The notes under the pieces are model-generated. The model had not been told where the DNA came from. It did no database searches and saw only the letters and a program-made list of their open reading frames with translations. 64,000 bases of DNA, taken from the NCBI GenBank assembly GCA_013265495.1, contig MU058844.1, forward strand, positions 5,951,260 to 6,015,259, written 5' to 3'. Within the stretch, counting starts at the first letter, position 1; every line of letters starts with the position of its first letter. A program made the position numbers and the translations under genes. The DNA comes from Vicugna vicugna. Its lineage: Eukaryota. Of this stretch, positions 1 through 11,308 are shown in pieces.

Positions 1-619
1 CCTAATAAGCCAATAAAGAAATAACCTACTCCAAGCCAACGATAGATTCATCACAGTATTGTTCCAGGCAAGGGGGAGATAAAAGGGCTAAAGCCTGAAT
101 TTAGTCGAGGTGTGCCTTTCTATGAGTGGTTCTTGGGAGAGTTGACCTAGCCAACCGTGAGAGATACCTAGCTGTTTGTTGTAGAGCAGACTGCTAGGGA
201 ACAAAGAGGCCAAGTGTGGATGAGGAAGCTGATCTTCTCAGGAGCCTCTGAGTGGTTTCTGCCACTGCCTGGCAAAGAGTCTCCCGCCACACAGGGAGTT
301 AATGCCCCAAGGGCTTTAGAAAACTATCTGGATTAGCAAAGATTAACCTTGCCCAGACCAAGCCCTCCCAAATTGCTGGTAACCTCTTGGAATGTAAAGC
401 TTAAAGTCCTCTAACCACAGTCACTCTTTCTCGAAGTTCTTATCAATAAGCCCCCAACGGCGCCTGCCAATAGCTGAGTTAGCAAGTATTCCTGCCAGTG
501 AGGCTATCCTAACACACCTTCCTCAGTGTAAGCAAGTTCGTTCTTAGAACAAAAAACAAGTAGATTCAAAATCACATGAAACCAATACACAACACCATGC
601 AAGTGTGAGCACGCCTGTG

Positions 620-1025
620 AGAAATGCTCCTTTGTTTACCGTAGTCTACTGGGCCTCATGGACACGCGCCACGCTGGCTTTCAGGGCTGGGTGTTCTGGG
701 CGCCTGTCCCTCAGATGGGAGTCTTAAAAGGAGGGGCACCCGATGTGCCGTTCAAATCCTTCGCTCATCGGGGTGACACTAGGAGCTGGACGTTCCCGCC
801 CAATTGCATCTCACAAAATCAGGGGTGGGTTTTATGGCCAGAGGGTGTCTCAGCCTTTCCACCCTGCTTCAATGAACATGTTTTTTCATTTGCCCAATGT
901 GTAGGAGTTGCTCAACTAGTTTCTGGATTTCTTTCAGAGGAAACTGCTCCACGGATACTTGGAACCTTGATGTGCTGTGGGAGGAGGAGTTCAGGAGGCT
1001 TCAATATTTTCGTCTTGATGGACCC
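620..1025 (-). mobile_element. Old L1 (L1M-type) 5' UTR fragment, antisense
   Basis: Resembles recalled L1M 5' region in reverse (...gtaggagttgctcaactagtttctggatttctttcagaggaa...ggaggagttcaggag...). Accounts for ORF 658..1029. Confidence 0.55.
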
Positions 1026-1241
1026 CTGAGCAAGGACTGGATTTAAATTTAAGTCTCATGTAGCTCAAACTAATCCAGCAGTGACTGGGGATTCTCAAAA
1101 AAAGTGCAAATGGAGAACAAAGTTGAAATCTCAAAATAATCTTAGAATATTCCTTTCTTCTTTCCTCCTACATTCAGATACCAGTTTATGTTAGTTCTTT
1201 CTTTTTACATTCCACAAATCCATTTCTTTCTATTTAAACTA

Positions 1242-1438
1242 CAGTTGACCCTAGAACAACACAGGATTGAACTGCACGGATCCACTTATGTACAGATTTT
1301 TTTTTTCAATAAACACATGCTACGGTACTACACAATCCCTGGTTGGTTGAATCCGTCGATGGGTAACCGGCGATGAGGAAGGCTGGCAGGAAATTTATGT
1401 ATGAATTTCCAACCCCTGTGTTGTTCAAGTGTCAACTG
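1242..1438 (+). mobile_element. Tigger2/MER8-type MITE (TcMar-Tigger)
   Basis: TIRs CAGTTGACCCTAGAACAAC ... GTTGTTCAAGTGTCAACTG flanked by TA duplications (1240-1241, 1439-1440). Confidence 0.9.
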
Positions 1439-1714
1439 TACTGTCTGTTTCACCCAGGCAATTTTGTTTGTTTGTTTTTTTCTCAGAAGGGACTCTAAGA
1501 GACAAAAATGAGGGACACTCTCTTCAGGCTGCCACTGTGAGTGAAGAGGAGATTCTATATCTCAGGGTCTGTGTTGCTTCGTGTAAGACCAGGACCTTGT
1601 GGAGACACCTGAGCTCATCACCAATCCTGAAACATAATCTCTGAGGTGGGCCTTAAAAATCTGTAGAGACTATATCTAAACCTCTTACGATAAGAGAAAA
1701 AACCCTTTTGCTTC

Positions 1715-4420
1715 TAATTTATTTATTCATGAAACAAATTCTTACTAACACATACTAGGTCTAGTGCTCAACCTTGGAAATATAGATATGAATAAGAAAG
1801 ACAAAAATCCCTGTCCTCACAAAGGTTACACATTTGAGTGGCGGCGAGAGATTATAAACAATAAATGACTGTACAATTTCAAGTCATGCTATGTGCTGTA
1901 CTGATGCCTTCCCTGCACCGGGAAGACACTCACACAAAGTTGAGGCTACTGGCACTGGAGGTCTCATTCAGTGAGAAGTCACGGGGCCTCTCGATAAGAG
2001 GGTATAAGTAGAGACTTTGTGCAGGATTTGGACTTGAGATTTGAGGAATAGTCCGAAAGTGTGGTTTTTACTCTGGTTTCAGTGTTTTTGAAAGCAAGTG
2101 TTATTCTTTGATTGGCTATTATAATGGTTTTTATGAAAGAGGTAGAAAAATGGAGCTTAGTTAAAGCAGTAATTCATAAAGAAGCAGCAGTCACTCAAAT
2201 TATGTGGGACAGAAGGATGTTTGATCCTTTCTGTGGTTTGGGATGTTTTCGTTTTTGTTTTTGCTTGGACATGATTACAGAATAGTCTTGCTTATTGTCT
2301 TGCCATCATGGTTAGAATGACCTTGTCTGAAGTTTATTCTACGAAATTTTGTTTAACAGGAGGACAGCATCATAGCCTAGTGTTGGTACCAGGCCAGCTC
2401 CCAGCTGATGCCTATCAGTGGCTGCTTTTCTCTTTTCTTTTTCTTTTTCAAATAGGAAGAAAAACAAAGCAGGTTAGATGGAGATATTGACTCAGAGATG
2501 AAGGTTATTTAAGAAAAGGCCTCACTGTACATATATCACACATGCAGAGACCGAAATGACGTGAAAAGCAAACCATGAGAAGGTCTGGAGAAGACGGTAG
2601 CAATTAAAATAACAGTTGAGGTGCTCTATCAATGTGGCTGGAAAGACACTGTGCCTTAAATAAGTTAGAGATGCGTTTGTCTTTCAAGTTACAGTCTGGT
2701 TGGTCCAGGGATGGTGAGGCAGCTTTGCTCCACAATATTGTTAAAGGACTTACGCTCAATCAATATCACCCTCAAGAGAAGGGTACTCATTTGTGTGGTT
2801 AAAATTAATTCACATTTAAGACCAAAAAAAAAAAAAAAAAAGAGGAAATAGTTAAGAGAATGAGGTTTCTCTAGTAGCTATAAAAGACCCGTAAGTTATG
2901 CACATTCTTTTCTACCCACGACCCCATAGGCTCCAACTGAGCCACTCCTAGTGACAAGGGAGGCTGAATATGTAGTCTTTAAGTAGATGTCCCCAGGAAA
3001 AAAGATTGTCTGCCAGAAGAGCTGTCCAGAAAAGAAGTTTCAGCAACTATGAAGACTCTGGAGCAGAAACCAGCTAGATATGTTAAAGGGACAACAAAAA
3101 AGGCCAGTGTGACCGGAGGAGAATGAGTGAAATTAAATAGAGAAGTAGACAAACGTCAGGACGTTTCCGGCCTTCTGAGACAGAGTTTGGATTTTGTTCA
3201 AAGTGCAATGAGAGGGCACTATGGGATTTTGAGAAGAGATGTGTGGCATAATCTAATGTTTTTAACTTTTTTATTCTGCTATATGGATGTAAATGAATAA
3301 AAATGATAAGAGGAAAGAGCTAGGAAGATGTTGTCACAGTCCCAGGGGAAAACTTGTGGATTAGGGCAGTGGTGGTGGATGTGGCAAAAAGTAGACAGCT
3401 TTGAGATAGATTTTGATGCAAAGCCAACAAAGTTCTTAATAGATGAAGTGGCAGGTGCATGTTATAGAGAGGGATTAAGAATGACTACCAGATTTTTGGC
3501 CTGAGCAGGCGGTGGGACCATTTACTGATGGGGAAATGAAGGACTGAGCTTCAGAAGAGAAGAGACAGTACCCACACTGAAGTGGAAAAGAGTGAGGGGT
3601 AAATGCAGGTCGTTGTTATGTTCAGTCATAGAGAAATGATGCAATTTTCTTTTTATTGCTTTAAATTTTTGGTGAAATAGAAAGTCATCTGCTCAAAGTG
3701 AGGAGAATGATGAGTGTTGCAATTCAAGGAAGAAGTGAAGATATAAAATAATCATCAGTGAGAATTAGAGGCAGCATTTTTCAGGCAAATGTAGTAGGAC
3801 TATTGGGCGGTACTAAGGGTCCACTTGAGAGTTGTGGTCATAAATTTTAAGCGTGAGTCTTCAACAAGTTTGGGTGCATTTCTCCAGCTGTGTTCAGCTT
3901 CTGAGGGGAGGTCAGAATTGGGAGGGATTTCAGTGTCACAACTAGTGTTTCCACGGGCTCATAAGGTAAAAGGACAGGAAGTAGACAGTAACAGGGAGTG
4001 ACTTTAGTTTGGGCCATAGAATCTAAGCCAAGTGAAGTGTAAAGTGAGGGCATGATTAGAAGGGGAAGAGTAAAAAGAGGAGGGGACAATGGATTAGATG
4101 GGATCATACATTTTAGAGTGAAAGTGATGTATTATGTGACCTAGAAAGAGAAGATGATGTGTAGAGAATAGAATGCTTGAAACTGAGATTTCAGAGAGGT
4201 TGAATTTATTGGTAGTGAGAAATTCTGTGGTACGACCATGGAAGTGATGGAGTGAGATGAATGGATAAAATGTTTATTATTGGAAGAGGTCAGGAACTGA
4301 GAAGGAAGATTACTGGATGAATCTTGCACATGTATGTGGAGGTCCTCAAGGAAAATGAATGAAGCAAGGGATTAGGAGATCAGCAGTTGTTCAAAACACG
4401 GCGGGTTAGGACATGAAATT
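1715..4420 (-). mobile_element. Fragmented L2 with nested LTR (~1900-2430) and MLT1-like (~2630-3000) pieces
   Basis: Antisense L2 3' end (atttattcat...aataagaaagacaaaaatccctgtcctc) followed by purine-rich L2-like tracts. Boundaries approximate. Confidence 0.55.
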
Positions 4421-4479
4421 GTGCTATGCTCTGTAGTTTTTGAAAGAGAAGGGAAAAATGGTATGAAAGTGGCCAGAAC

Positions 4480-4675
4480 TTTAGTGTGTTATTAATATAT
4501 TCCAGACACCATTCTAAGCATTTTACATAGTGTCAGATCATTTTATCTTCCCCTAGGCCCCACATTTTGTAGTTGAAGAAATACAGAGGTTAAATACGTT
4601 CTCCAAGATTACTAGTAATAGTGGAGCTAAATCTGGGCATTCTGACTCCGAGTAGACACTCTTAATCACTATGAA
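4480..4675 (-). mobile_element. MIR SINE fragment
   Basis: cccacattttgtagttgaagaaatacagaggttaaat...gtggagcta...tctgactcc...actcttaatcacta is MIR core-like. Confidence 0.6.
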
Positions 4676-5284
4676 ATAATTTCCTTCTTAGGATCAGTGC
4701 TGCTTTGGGCACTTTTTAATGTTGAAGCTGATAGGATTGTAAAAGATGGTGGGGAGGTGGTTGTAAGAAGTCAAGGTTTTACTAGAAGAACTACGAGATT
4801 GGTGGGTTACACTTAAATCCTACTGAGTGTGGTGTAGCCTAGGGGAGGGGCAATCTCATCAAGAAGACAGAGAATTTTCAAAACTCCTCAACTCCAGGAT
4901 AGCTCAAATCCTGATGCTTTCCTTCACAGATGACTACAGGACCAGCCTGCAACGCTGTAAAGAGATGTCTCCCAAGGCCCCCTGTAAGAGTGGGGATCTA
5001 GGAGGCCACAACTAATGGTGGGACAGAAAGGTTGTGAGGGCTTATGAGATTGTAAGTACGGTCCTAAAGGAAATTTATGAGGAGTTATTTCAAGTATTCC
5101 TTTTGCCTCAGGAATGTTCTCCCAATTAGGAAAAATATTCATCACACAGATTCCTCAGTGAGGTTACAAATAAAGCTATCACTTACTGGATGTGAGGGGG
5201 AAAATAATCAGTAAAAGGCAACTCTTCTAATGCAAGTAAATCTGCAAAGAAACATGATTCTGATGGCTTGGGTTTTGCTTTTTT

Positions 5285-5290
5285 TTTAAT
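5285..5290 (-). terminator. NTS: Candidate distal NTS polyadenylation signal ATTAAA
   Basis: tttaat on + strand, about 600 nt past the stop. Another ATTAAA lies at 5469-5474; which one is used cannot be determined. Confidence 0.35.
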
Positions 5291-5711
5291 TAGCCATTAA
5301 GTTCATTTAACAGAAGAAACAAATTCAGTTGAAGGTCATTAAGACAGGCACAATTAACAATAATTCATTCATCATTCTTTTAAGATGGTCTTATTTTACT
5401 ACTGTTAACGTCCCCATATCTGAGTGATTCATGAGTGACTCTTGGAAAAGAGCACGTATTTCTCTCAATTTAATAAAACATTAGTGAGATAATAAAACGG
5501 GTGCTATTACTTTGTTTTGGGTTAATGACATATGGGCTAGACTTTGCCTTAAGACTCTGTTATAATCTCTCATAATTTGGTTTAGAATGTCAAACATTTT
5601 AACTGGTTCAACAACCCATTAAGTGCTTTGCAAAATTACAAAAACATTCTATATGTGACTTAATCAATATTTACTCCAATTATACACAACATGTCATGCT
5701 CAAGATCTAGA

Positions 5712-5717
5712 TTTATT
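5712..5717 (-). terminator. NTS: Candidate proximal NTS polyadenylation signal AATAAA
   Basis: tttatt on + strand, about 170 nt past the stop. NTS is known to make short and long mRNAs by alternative polyadenylation. Confidence 0.65.
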
Positions 5718-5886
5718 TGAAAACATTTAGTCCAATTTATATTAATGCAGAAAAGTCACATCAAATAAACCACAATTATAGAAGAGACAAGATAATTGTG
5801 TTCTGCCACATTCTCACACAAATATATTTTGATATTTACTTAAGGATGATAAATCACAATCATGTGTAAAGAAAACATTTAGCCTC

Positions 5887-6039
5887 TCAGTAGTAGTAAG
5901 AACCTCTTTTGAGTATGTAGGGTCTCCTAGGTTTATTCTCATACAGCTGCCGTTTCAGAATGTAAGGAATTTTTCTCTTTATAACTTCTTCCTTTTCATT
6001 TTTGTCATTTCCACTATCAAGCACATCTTCCTGAATTAA
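5887..6039 (-). CDS. NTS: NTS coding exon 4 (LIQEDVLDSGNDKNEKEEVIKR-KIPYIL-KR-QLYENKPRRPYIL-KR-GSYYY*)
   Basis: cttgcag|TTAATTCAGG...TACTACTGA. 153 nt; total CDS 513 nt = 170 aa + stop. Encodes neuromedin N and neurotensin flanked by KR sites. Confidence 0.98.
   Translation of the reverse strand, partial: LIQEDVLDSGNDKNEKEEVIKRKIPYILKRQLYENKPRRPYILKRGSYYY
5911..5949 (-). other. NTS: Mature neurotensin peptide QLYENKPRRPYIL
   Basis: Direct translation; canonical 13-mer between Lys-Arg cleavage sites. Confidence 0.98.
5956..5973 (-). other. NTS: Mature neuromedin N peptide KIPYIL
   Basis: Direct translation; canonical hexapeptide between Lys-Arg sites. Confidence 0.98.
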
Positions 6040-7636
6040 CTGCAAGATAGAATATGAATGAAACTTACATATGCATCACATATTCCATTTCAGAGTATTT
6101 TTCTACATTTTAATTCATTTGCTATTCAGACAATAAGACATATGTGATAAGATATATGGGGTTTAAAGTAATTAAGTGCTTTGCCCAAGGACTGGTGGCC
6201 ATTCAGTGACTGAAATAGGATAAGAACATGATTTTTCTAATTCTCTGTTCAGTGTTCTTCCTAGTTCATCTGGCTAGCCTTTTTAAAAAATTTTCTTTAT
6301 TTGTCAAGATCATATATTAATACCTCCAACTGACGGAGCACACGTAATATAACTTTGAGTATTTTTTAGGCTTGAACTGATGATAGATCAAAATATTATG
6401 GAAATATAACATAAACCAAACAAATATAGAGTTTAGAATCTAGTAAACCAAGTTTGGCCTCAGAGGTCCATAGAATTTTATATTCAGTTCAGTTAGTTAC
6501 TGATTTGACTTGAAAACCATTCTAAAGGTAACGCTTCTCAGTCACAGAGTGGGGCCCGTTCTGCCTACTTACTCAGAAGTAGAAATTAACACACCTGAAA
6601 GCTCTGTGTAAATGGTAAAGATCCTTAGATTATGGAGCTTAATAATTCGTCATTGAAAGCTAGTTCACATTCAAAAACTCAAGGGAGTTAATTTACATGT
6701 AGAATTTTGGCTACTGTATTAATTGAGTATGCCCCATTCTAAAATTAGTTCCAAATGCTTTTTTTTTTCTGACAGTACTGTTCTGATCATTCGCAACAGG
6801 CATAAAATATTTAAGAACTCTTTCCAGAGTTTTGCACATGATCTACATACAATTTTTTTAAAAATCAATGCCCAAGACAAGAATTGTATTTACTCTTGTG
6901 ACTGTCTTCTAAACTTTGGGGTGACTATAACCAATACTGGCAGGAGATTAAGTTTTTAACCATAATCCATATGCATTGAATTGAATTGTATCACAAGTGC
7001 TTTATTTCAACCCACAGCTATTCAACTGCAGAGAAGGAAAAATAGCTACTGTCAGACAATCTAGTTTCTCAGTCTTTTCTTTCTCTGTGTGCGTGTAGTC
7101 TGTAATTAGTTGTACTAGGCTCTGAATACTATTATCATTTTATTTTAAGTCACTCAATAACATTTAAAATAGCAAAAGTTTTAATCTTATGTGCATCTGG
7201 TTTGCCTGCATAATAGTTTATTGAGTTTTTTCCCGGATAAACAGCACATAATTGACATTTTCCCGTGTTAAAATGAGCATTTTTTAAAGTTTTATTGACT
7301 TAATAAAGAGAAAACCATTTAGCTGGAATTGTAATTAAGAGAGAAACAGTCCAGCAAGAAAAATTAAGGCTGGCTTTTCTGGGTTTTCTTAAAAAAACTT
7401 TTTTGTTTACAAATTAGAATCAACACTAGAAGTTCTGCATTGCATTTCCTCTTTTCCACAGGGTATCTCTGTGATAGTGTGTTATAGAGATTGTTTTGTT
7501 ATATTAGAGGGAAGGCAGCCTCAGGCCCCCAGATCCCCAGCGTTGGTGTAAGTGCAGAATATAAAACATGAAGCAAATTTCTCTTAGGGGGTTAATCTGA
7601 GAGAAATGTTTCTCTTGTTGGGAAAATGTATTACAT

Positions 7637-7671
7637 TTCTTCTTCTTCTTCTTTTTTTTTTTTTTTTTTTT
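7637..7671. repeat. (CTT)n + poly(T) tract in NTS intron 3
   Basis: Seen directly; source of the poly-Lys in ORF 7504..7737. Confidence 0.9.
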
Positions 7672-7874
7672 AAACATTTTCATTTCTCTTTTCTCCTCCA
7701 AACAAACATTTCCAAGCCAATGGTGGTGAGTCACCAATGTGGTGTTTAATACAACTGATTCATCCTTTGTCGTAGTTCTGTATGATAAAATTTGGCTGTG
7801 TTAGCCATAGTGTACCTAGTTTAGTTTCTAAAGATAACTGAAATCCACAATGCACATATTCAATTAAAATAGAA

Positions 7875-7918
7875 ATATATATATAGATATATATACATAT
7901 ATATCTATATATATATAT
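7875..7918. repeat. Interrupted (TA)n microsatellite
   Basis: Seen directly. Confidence 0.9.
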
Positions 7919-8378
7919 CTCCTTATCATTCCAGTTTTATTTGCCTAATATGTTTAAATACAAATGGAGCCTTTTGTGTTCTGTGTTTGTTTATAGATAA
8001 ATACACATGAATTAGCATTTCTGAGAAATATAGAGAATTCAAAATTCAGGCATACCACCACTGCCACCACCACCAAAAAAAAAAAATAAAATTGCCTAAG
8101 CATGCCACCCATTTAAGCACAATACAAGCATGTGGCTCAAATCTGCCTTAAGATATATCGCCCTTTTAAGACCGAAGAAAAAATATTTTGCTAAACTCCA
8201 AATATTTGGAGGACACTCTGAAGATCTGAAGGAATGTTAACCAAAACACATGGTTTATTATGCTCTAGTATTTGTAAGTCTTCCTGTTACGATAATTGTC
8301 AAGATTAAAAAAAAAAATCAGTACAAATGAGAGCTAACTAGTATAACCATAATCATTTCATATTCTGTTTTGTTTTAC

Positions 8379-8603
8379 CTCCCAGTGTTGAAAGGCCCTG
8401 CTGTGACAGATTTTTCGGAGCTGGTATATTGTCAACATTGCTTCCAAACTAAAGCCATCTAAGGCAGTGGGAAATTTCCTTCTTGTAATAAGCTCCTCTT
8501 CATGAAACTCTCCTGTTTCCTCGGCTTGGCTGTTCAGGTTGTTTATAAGACTGCAAACATTTAGCAGGGTCATCTTCCAAGAGGGAATACCTGCTTTACT
8601 GAT
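8379..8603 (-). CDS. NTS: NTS coding exon 3 (ISKAGIPSWKMTLLNVCSL...ICHSRAFQHWE)
   Basis: acttcag|ATCAGTAAAGC...CACTGGGAG|gtaaaa. 225 nt, overlapping ORF-track 8358..8573, with clear pro-neurotensin similarity. Confidence 0.97.
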
Positions 8604-9439
8604 CTGAAGTACAGAGACAAATAATTATTACGGTTAAAATCTGTTGCTACATGAGTAAGAAATGCATTTTTATTGCTCTAAGCCATTACATTCTAGAATC
8701 TAATTGTTACTGTAGTCTGACAAAGAGCACTATTATTAGTTTAGTAACTTTCACATCACAAAGTTGAATAGTGTCAATGCTTCATACCCTTTATTTAAAC
8801 AATGCAATGAAGTTATACCAAAACATGTATGCATACATGAGCAAAGTAAGAAAACAGAAATGACAGTAAGTAGAAAGACATAAATATATATGTATATGTC
8901 ACAGATGAAAATATTAAAAATGCCAACCTCTATTATACTTCAGTTCAGTGCCCAATGGAGCAGAGACCAAGATGGTACTCAGACTGGGATGATTACAGTG
9001 GCTGAGATCACTAACCCATTTCACACGTTAACAGTTGTCACAGACAACATCACAGCTGATTAATTTATTTATTTGAAATTTATAATATTTTCTAAAATAG
9101 CCATCCTTTTCTAATAAGATCTTATCTGAAACCATTATTACCATAATTGACATCTTTCCCATGTGCCAATTTTAGGAGAACCTAAATGTAAAATAATCAA
9201 TACAAATTAACAAACATCTCCAAGGGCATAGATGAATAAAAGCAGAAATTCTTTCCAAAGAACATAAAAAAGTTTTTTTTTTTTGAATAACCATAGAGTG
9301 ATGAAAAGACTCAATAGCAATAGTATCAATTCTATTGGTGTCAGTTCTCTGAATTAGTCTCCAAATGCGATGCAGTTGCAAATCTAAGTTCCAATTAGGA
9401 AAATGTGGGGAGACTGGAAATTAGAGGAAGGGATGTAGC

Positions 9440-10390
9440 AAAATAATTATAAAGTTAGTTTGCAAGTATGAATGTGCGGGAATTAAGAATATTTAGAAAA
9501 ATAAAAATGTAATGGGAAGGGACTTAGTCTACAGATATTAAAATGTATTTTAAAGCTGCAGTAATCAGAGTGAATTCATAGAGCAAGATTAAATATAAGA
9601 CTCAACAAAAGAGAACAGAATGTTGAAAAACTGATCTAAAAACATATGAGTGAAAAGCATAGAACAAAGTTTGCATTTGAACTTCTTGGGACAATTGGCT
9701 GGGGAAATCTGGATTTAGAGCTAGTTATAACCTTTACTGACATATTGCAAGTAATATCCAGATGGGTTAAATAGGAGTAAATATGAAAGTATGTAAGTAT
9801 ATAGAATTTATTTTATACATTTGGGAAAATATCATTAAGCAAATATCCAAACCAGAATCCATAAAGAAAAAGATGATTTTAAATACATCAATGTGTAAAT
9901 TATCTCTCTGGGAAATTAATACCCTGCACTAAAATCAAAAGCAAGATATATTGTAAAAGCTGCCACAAAATGTTAATATACTTAACACAGGTGGAGTTCT
10001 TCAAAGAGAAAATGGTGAATGCCTCAATTTAAAAAAAACCTGAAAAAATGTTAAACCTCAGATAAGTAATATGAGCAGATATGTCACAGAATCACTCATC
10101 AAAGAAGAAATATGTAATAGAAATACATAGAGTGATGTTCATCTTGGCTACCATCAGATCTGAAGACTTTAAAAAATGTAAGTACACTCCATGTACTTAT
10201 GGGGATATGGAGAAACAGACACTTTCTCTTCTAAATATTTGTTAGTCTGAATATACATTGGTATAACTTCTTGAAAGGTGTTTTGGCACTATGTATTAAA
10301 ACTGTAAATGTGCCTACCCTTTGATTAAGATTTTATCCTAGGGCCATGAAAGTCTGAGAGTACAAAGATATTCACTATAATATTTTCAAC
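9440..10390 (+). mobile_element. Highly decayed L1 (L1ME-like) ORF2/3' fragments in NTS intron 2
   Basis: A-rich with L1-like phrases (ccagaatccataaagaaaaagat, ggggatatggagaaacag, tgtgcctaccctttga). Confidence 0.5.
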
Positions 10391-11029
10391 CAGTTTGGAA
10401 ATCCTTTCAACTATGCCCCTTGAATATGATTATCAGCCATTGCGGGAATGTTTCTGCTATGGGAAACTTAGAGGCAACGTGCTCCATTGTGTGGCAATAA
10501 TACCTTACATCTTGCCAATTAATGGGATACAGCAATTTTACATTTGGAAAGCTCTTTAGAGCTGATTGAGTGTTTTCTAAAGTGTTTCCCTTAGAATACT
10601 AGTTTTGCTCTTATTGTTTTTAAAAAGGAGTTCCACTGCCAAGTAAGTTGGAAAACTTGAATTTAAAGGAAATTTAAAGGCTTCTTGAATGTAGGTATCC
10701 CCAGAGCTTTTTATTTGTAAATATTCATTGTAACTTTTGTTGCAATTGTGCCAAAATAATATACAATGTTCCCCCAAACTAATCAACCATAAAGTGCTTT
10801 ATTCATAAAACATCTGTCAGGACTTGTGCTGTCCGATTATTTTTCAGATAAGGAAACTGGGTAAATCATCTCGTTCCCTTCTGTCAGAATAGTCACTAAA
10901 TCACTCAGTACTCTTATTTAATGTCACATTAGCCCCTGTCATACTTTGGAAGCACAGCAGAGACAGCAGTCTTCTCCATAAGATGCCTAAATAGACATGT
11001 ATTTGAGAACATAAAAATATGTCACGCTT

Positions 11030-11308
11030 GGTATCTGATTACCTTGGTATTTGATTAAACTTCCACCCTCGATTTCAGAATTCTGTTGAGCTTCTATCAA
11101 GAATCCTCCTAGACTTAATGTTTCTTCTTGGTAATTTTCCATATACTGACCCCTCACCTTGCTCTTTGGCTGCTGTAAATCCCCAACTTGTCCTTGTTGT
11201 CTTTGGAGTTGAGCCTGATCTTTGCAAAATCCCTATTGCAATAGTTCCTCTAGAGTAAAGTCTTCCTTGCTATCTTTAACAAGTGCCATGAATAATTTTT
11301 CTTTAACA
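11030..11308 (+). mobile_element. ERV1 LTR 3' portion (MER31/MER67-like)
   Basis: ...tttggagttgagcctgatct...ctattgcaatagt...taaagtcttcctt...aataatttttctttaaca terminus. Confidence 0.6.

Noticed and set aside
658..1029. 123-aa ORF
   Set aside because: Lies within an apparent antisense L1 5' fragment with no protein-like features.
5890..5910. Gly next to KR at the NTS C-terminus as an amidation signal (tempting given RASSF9/PAM)
   Set aside because: Amidation needs X-Gly-Lys-Arg; here the order is KR-G, so neurotensin keeps a free carboxyl.
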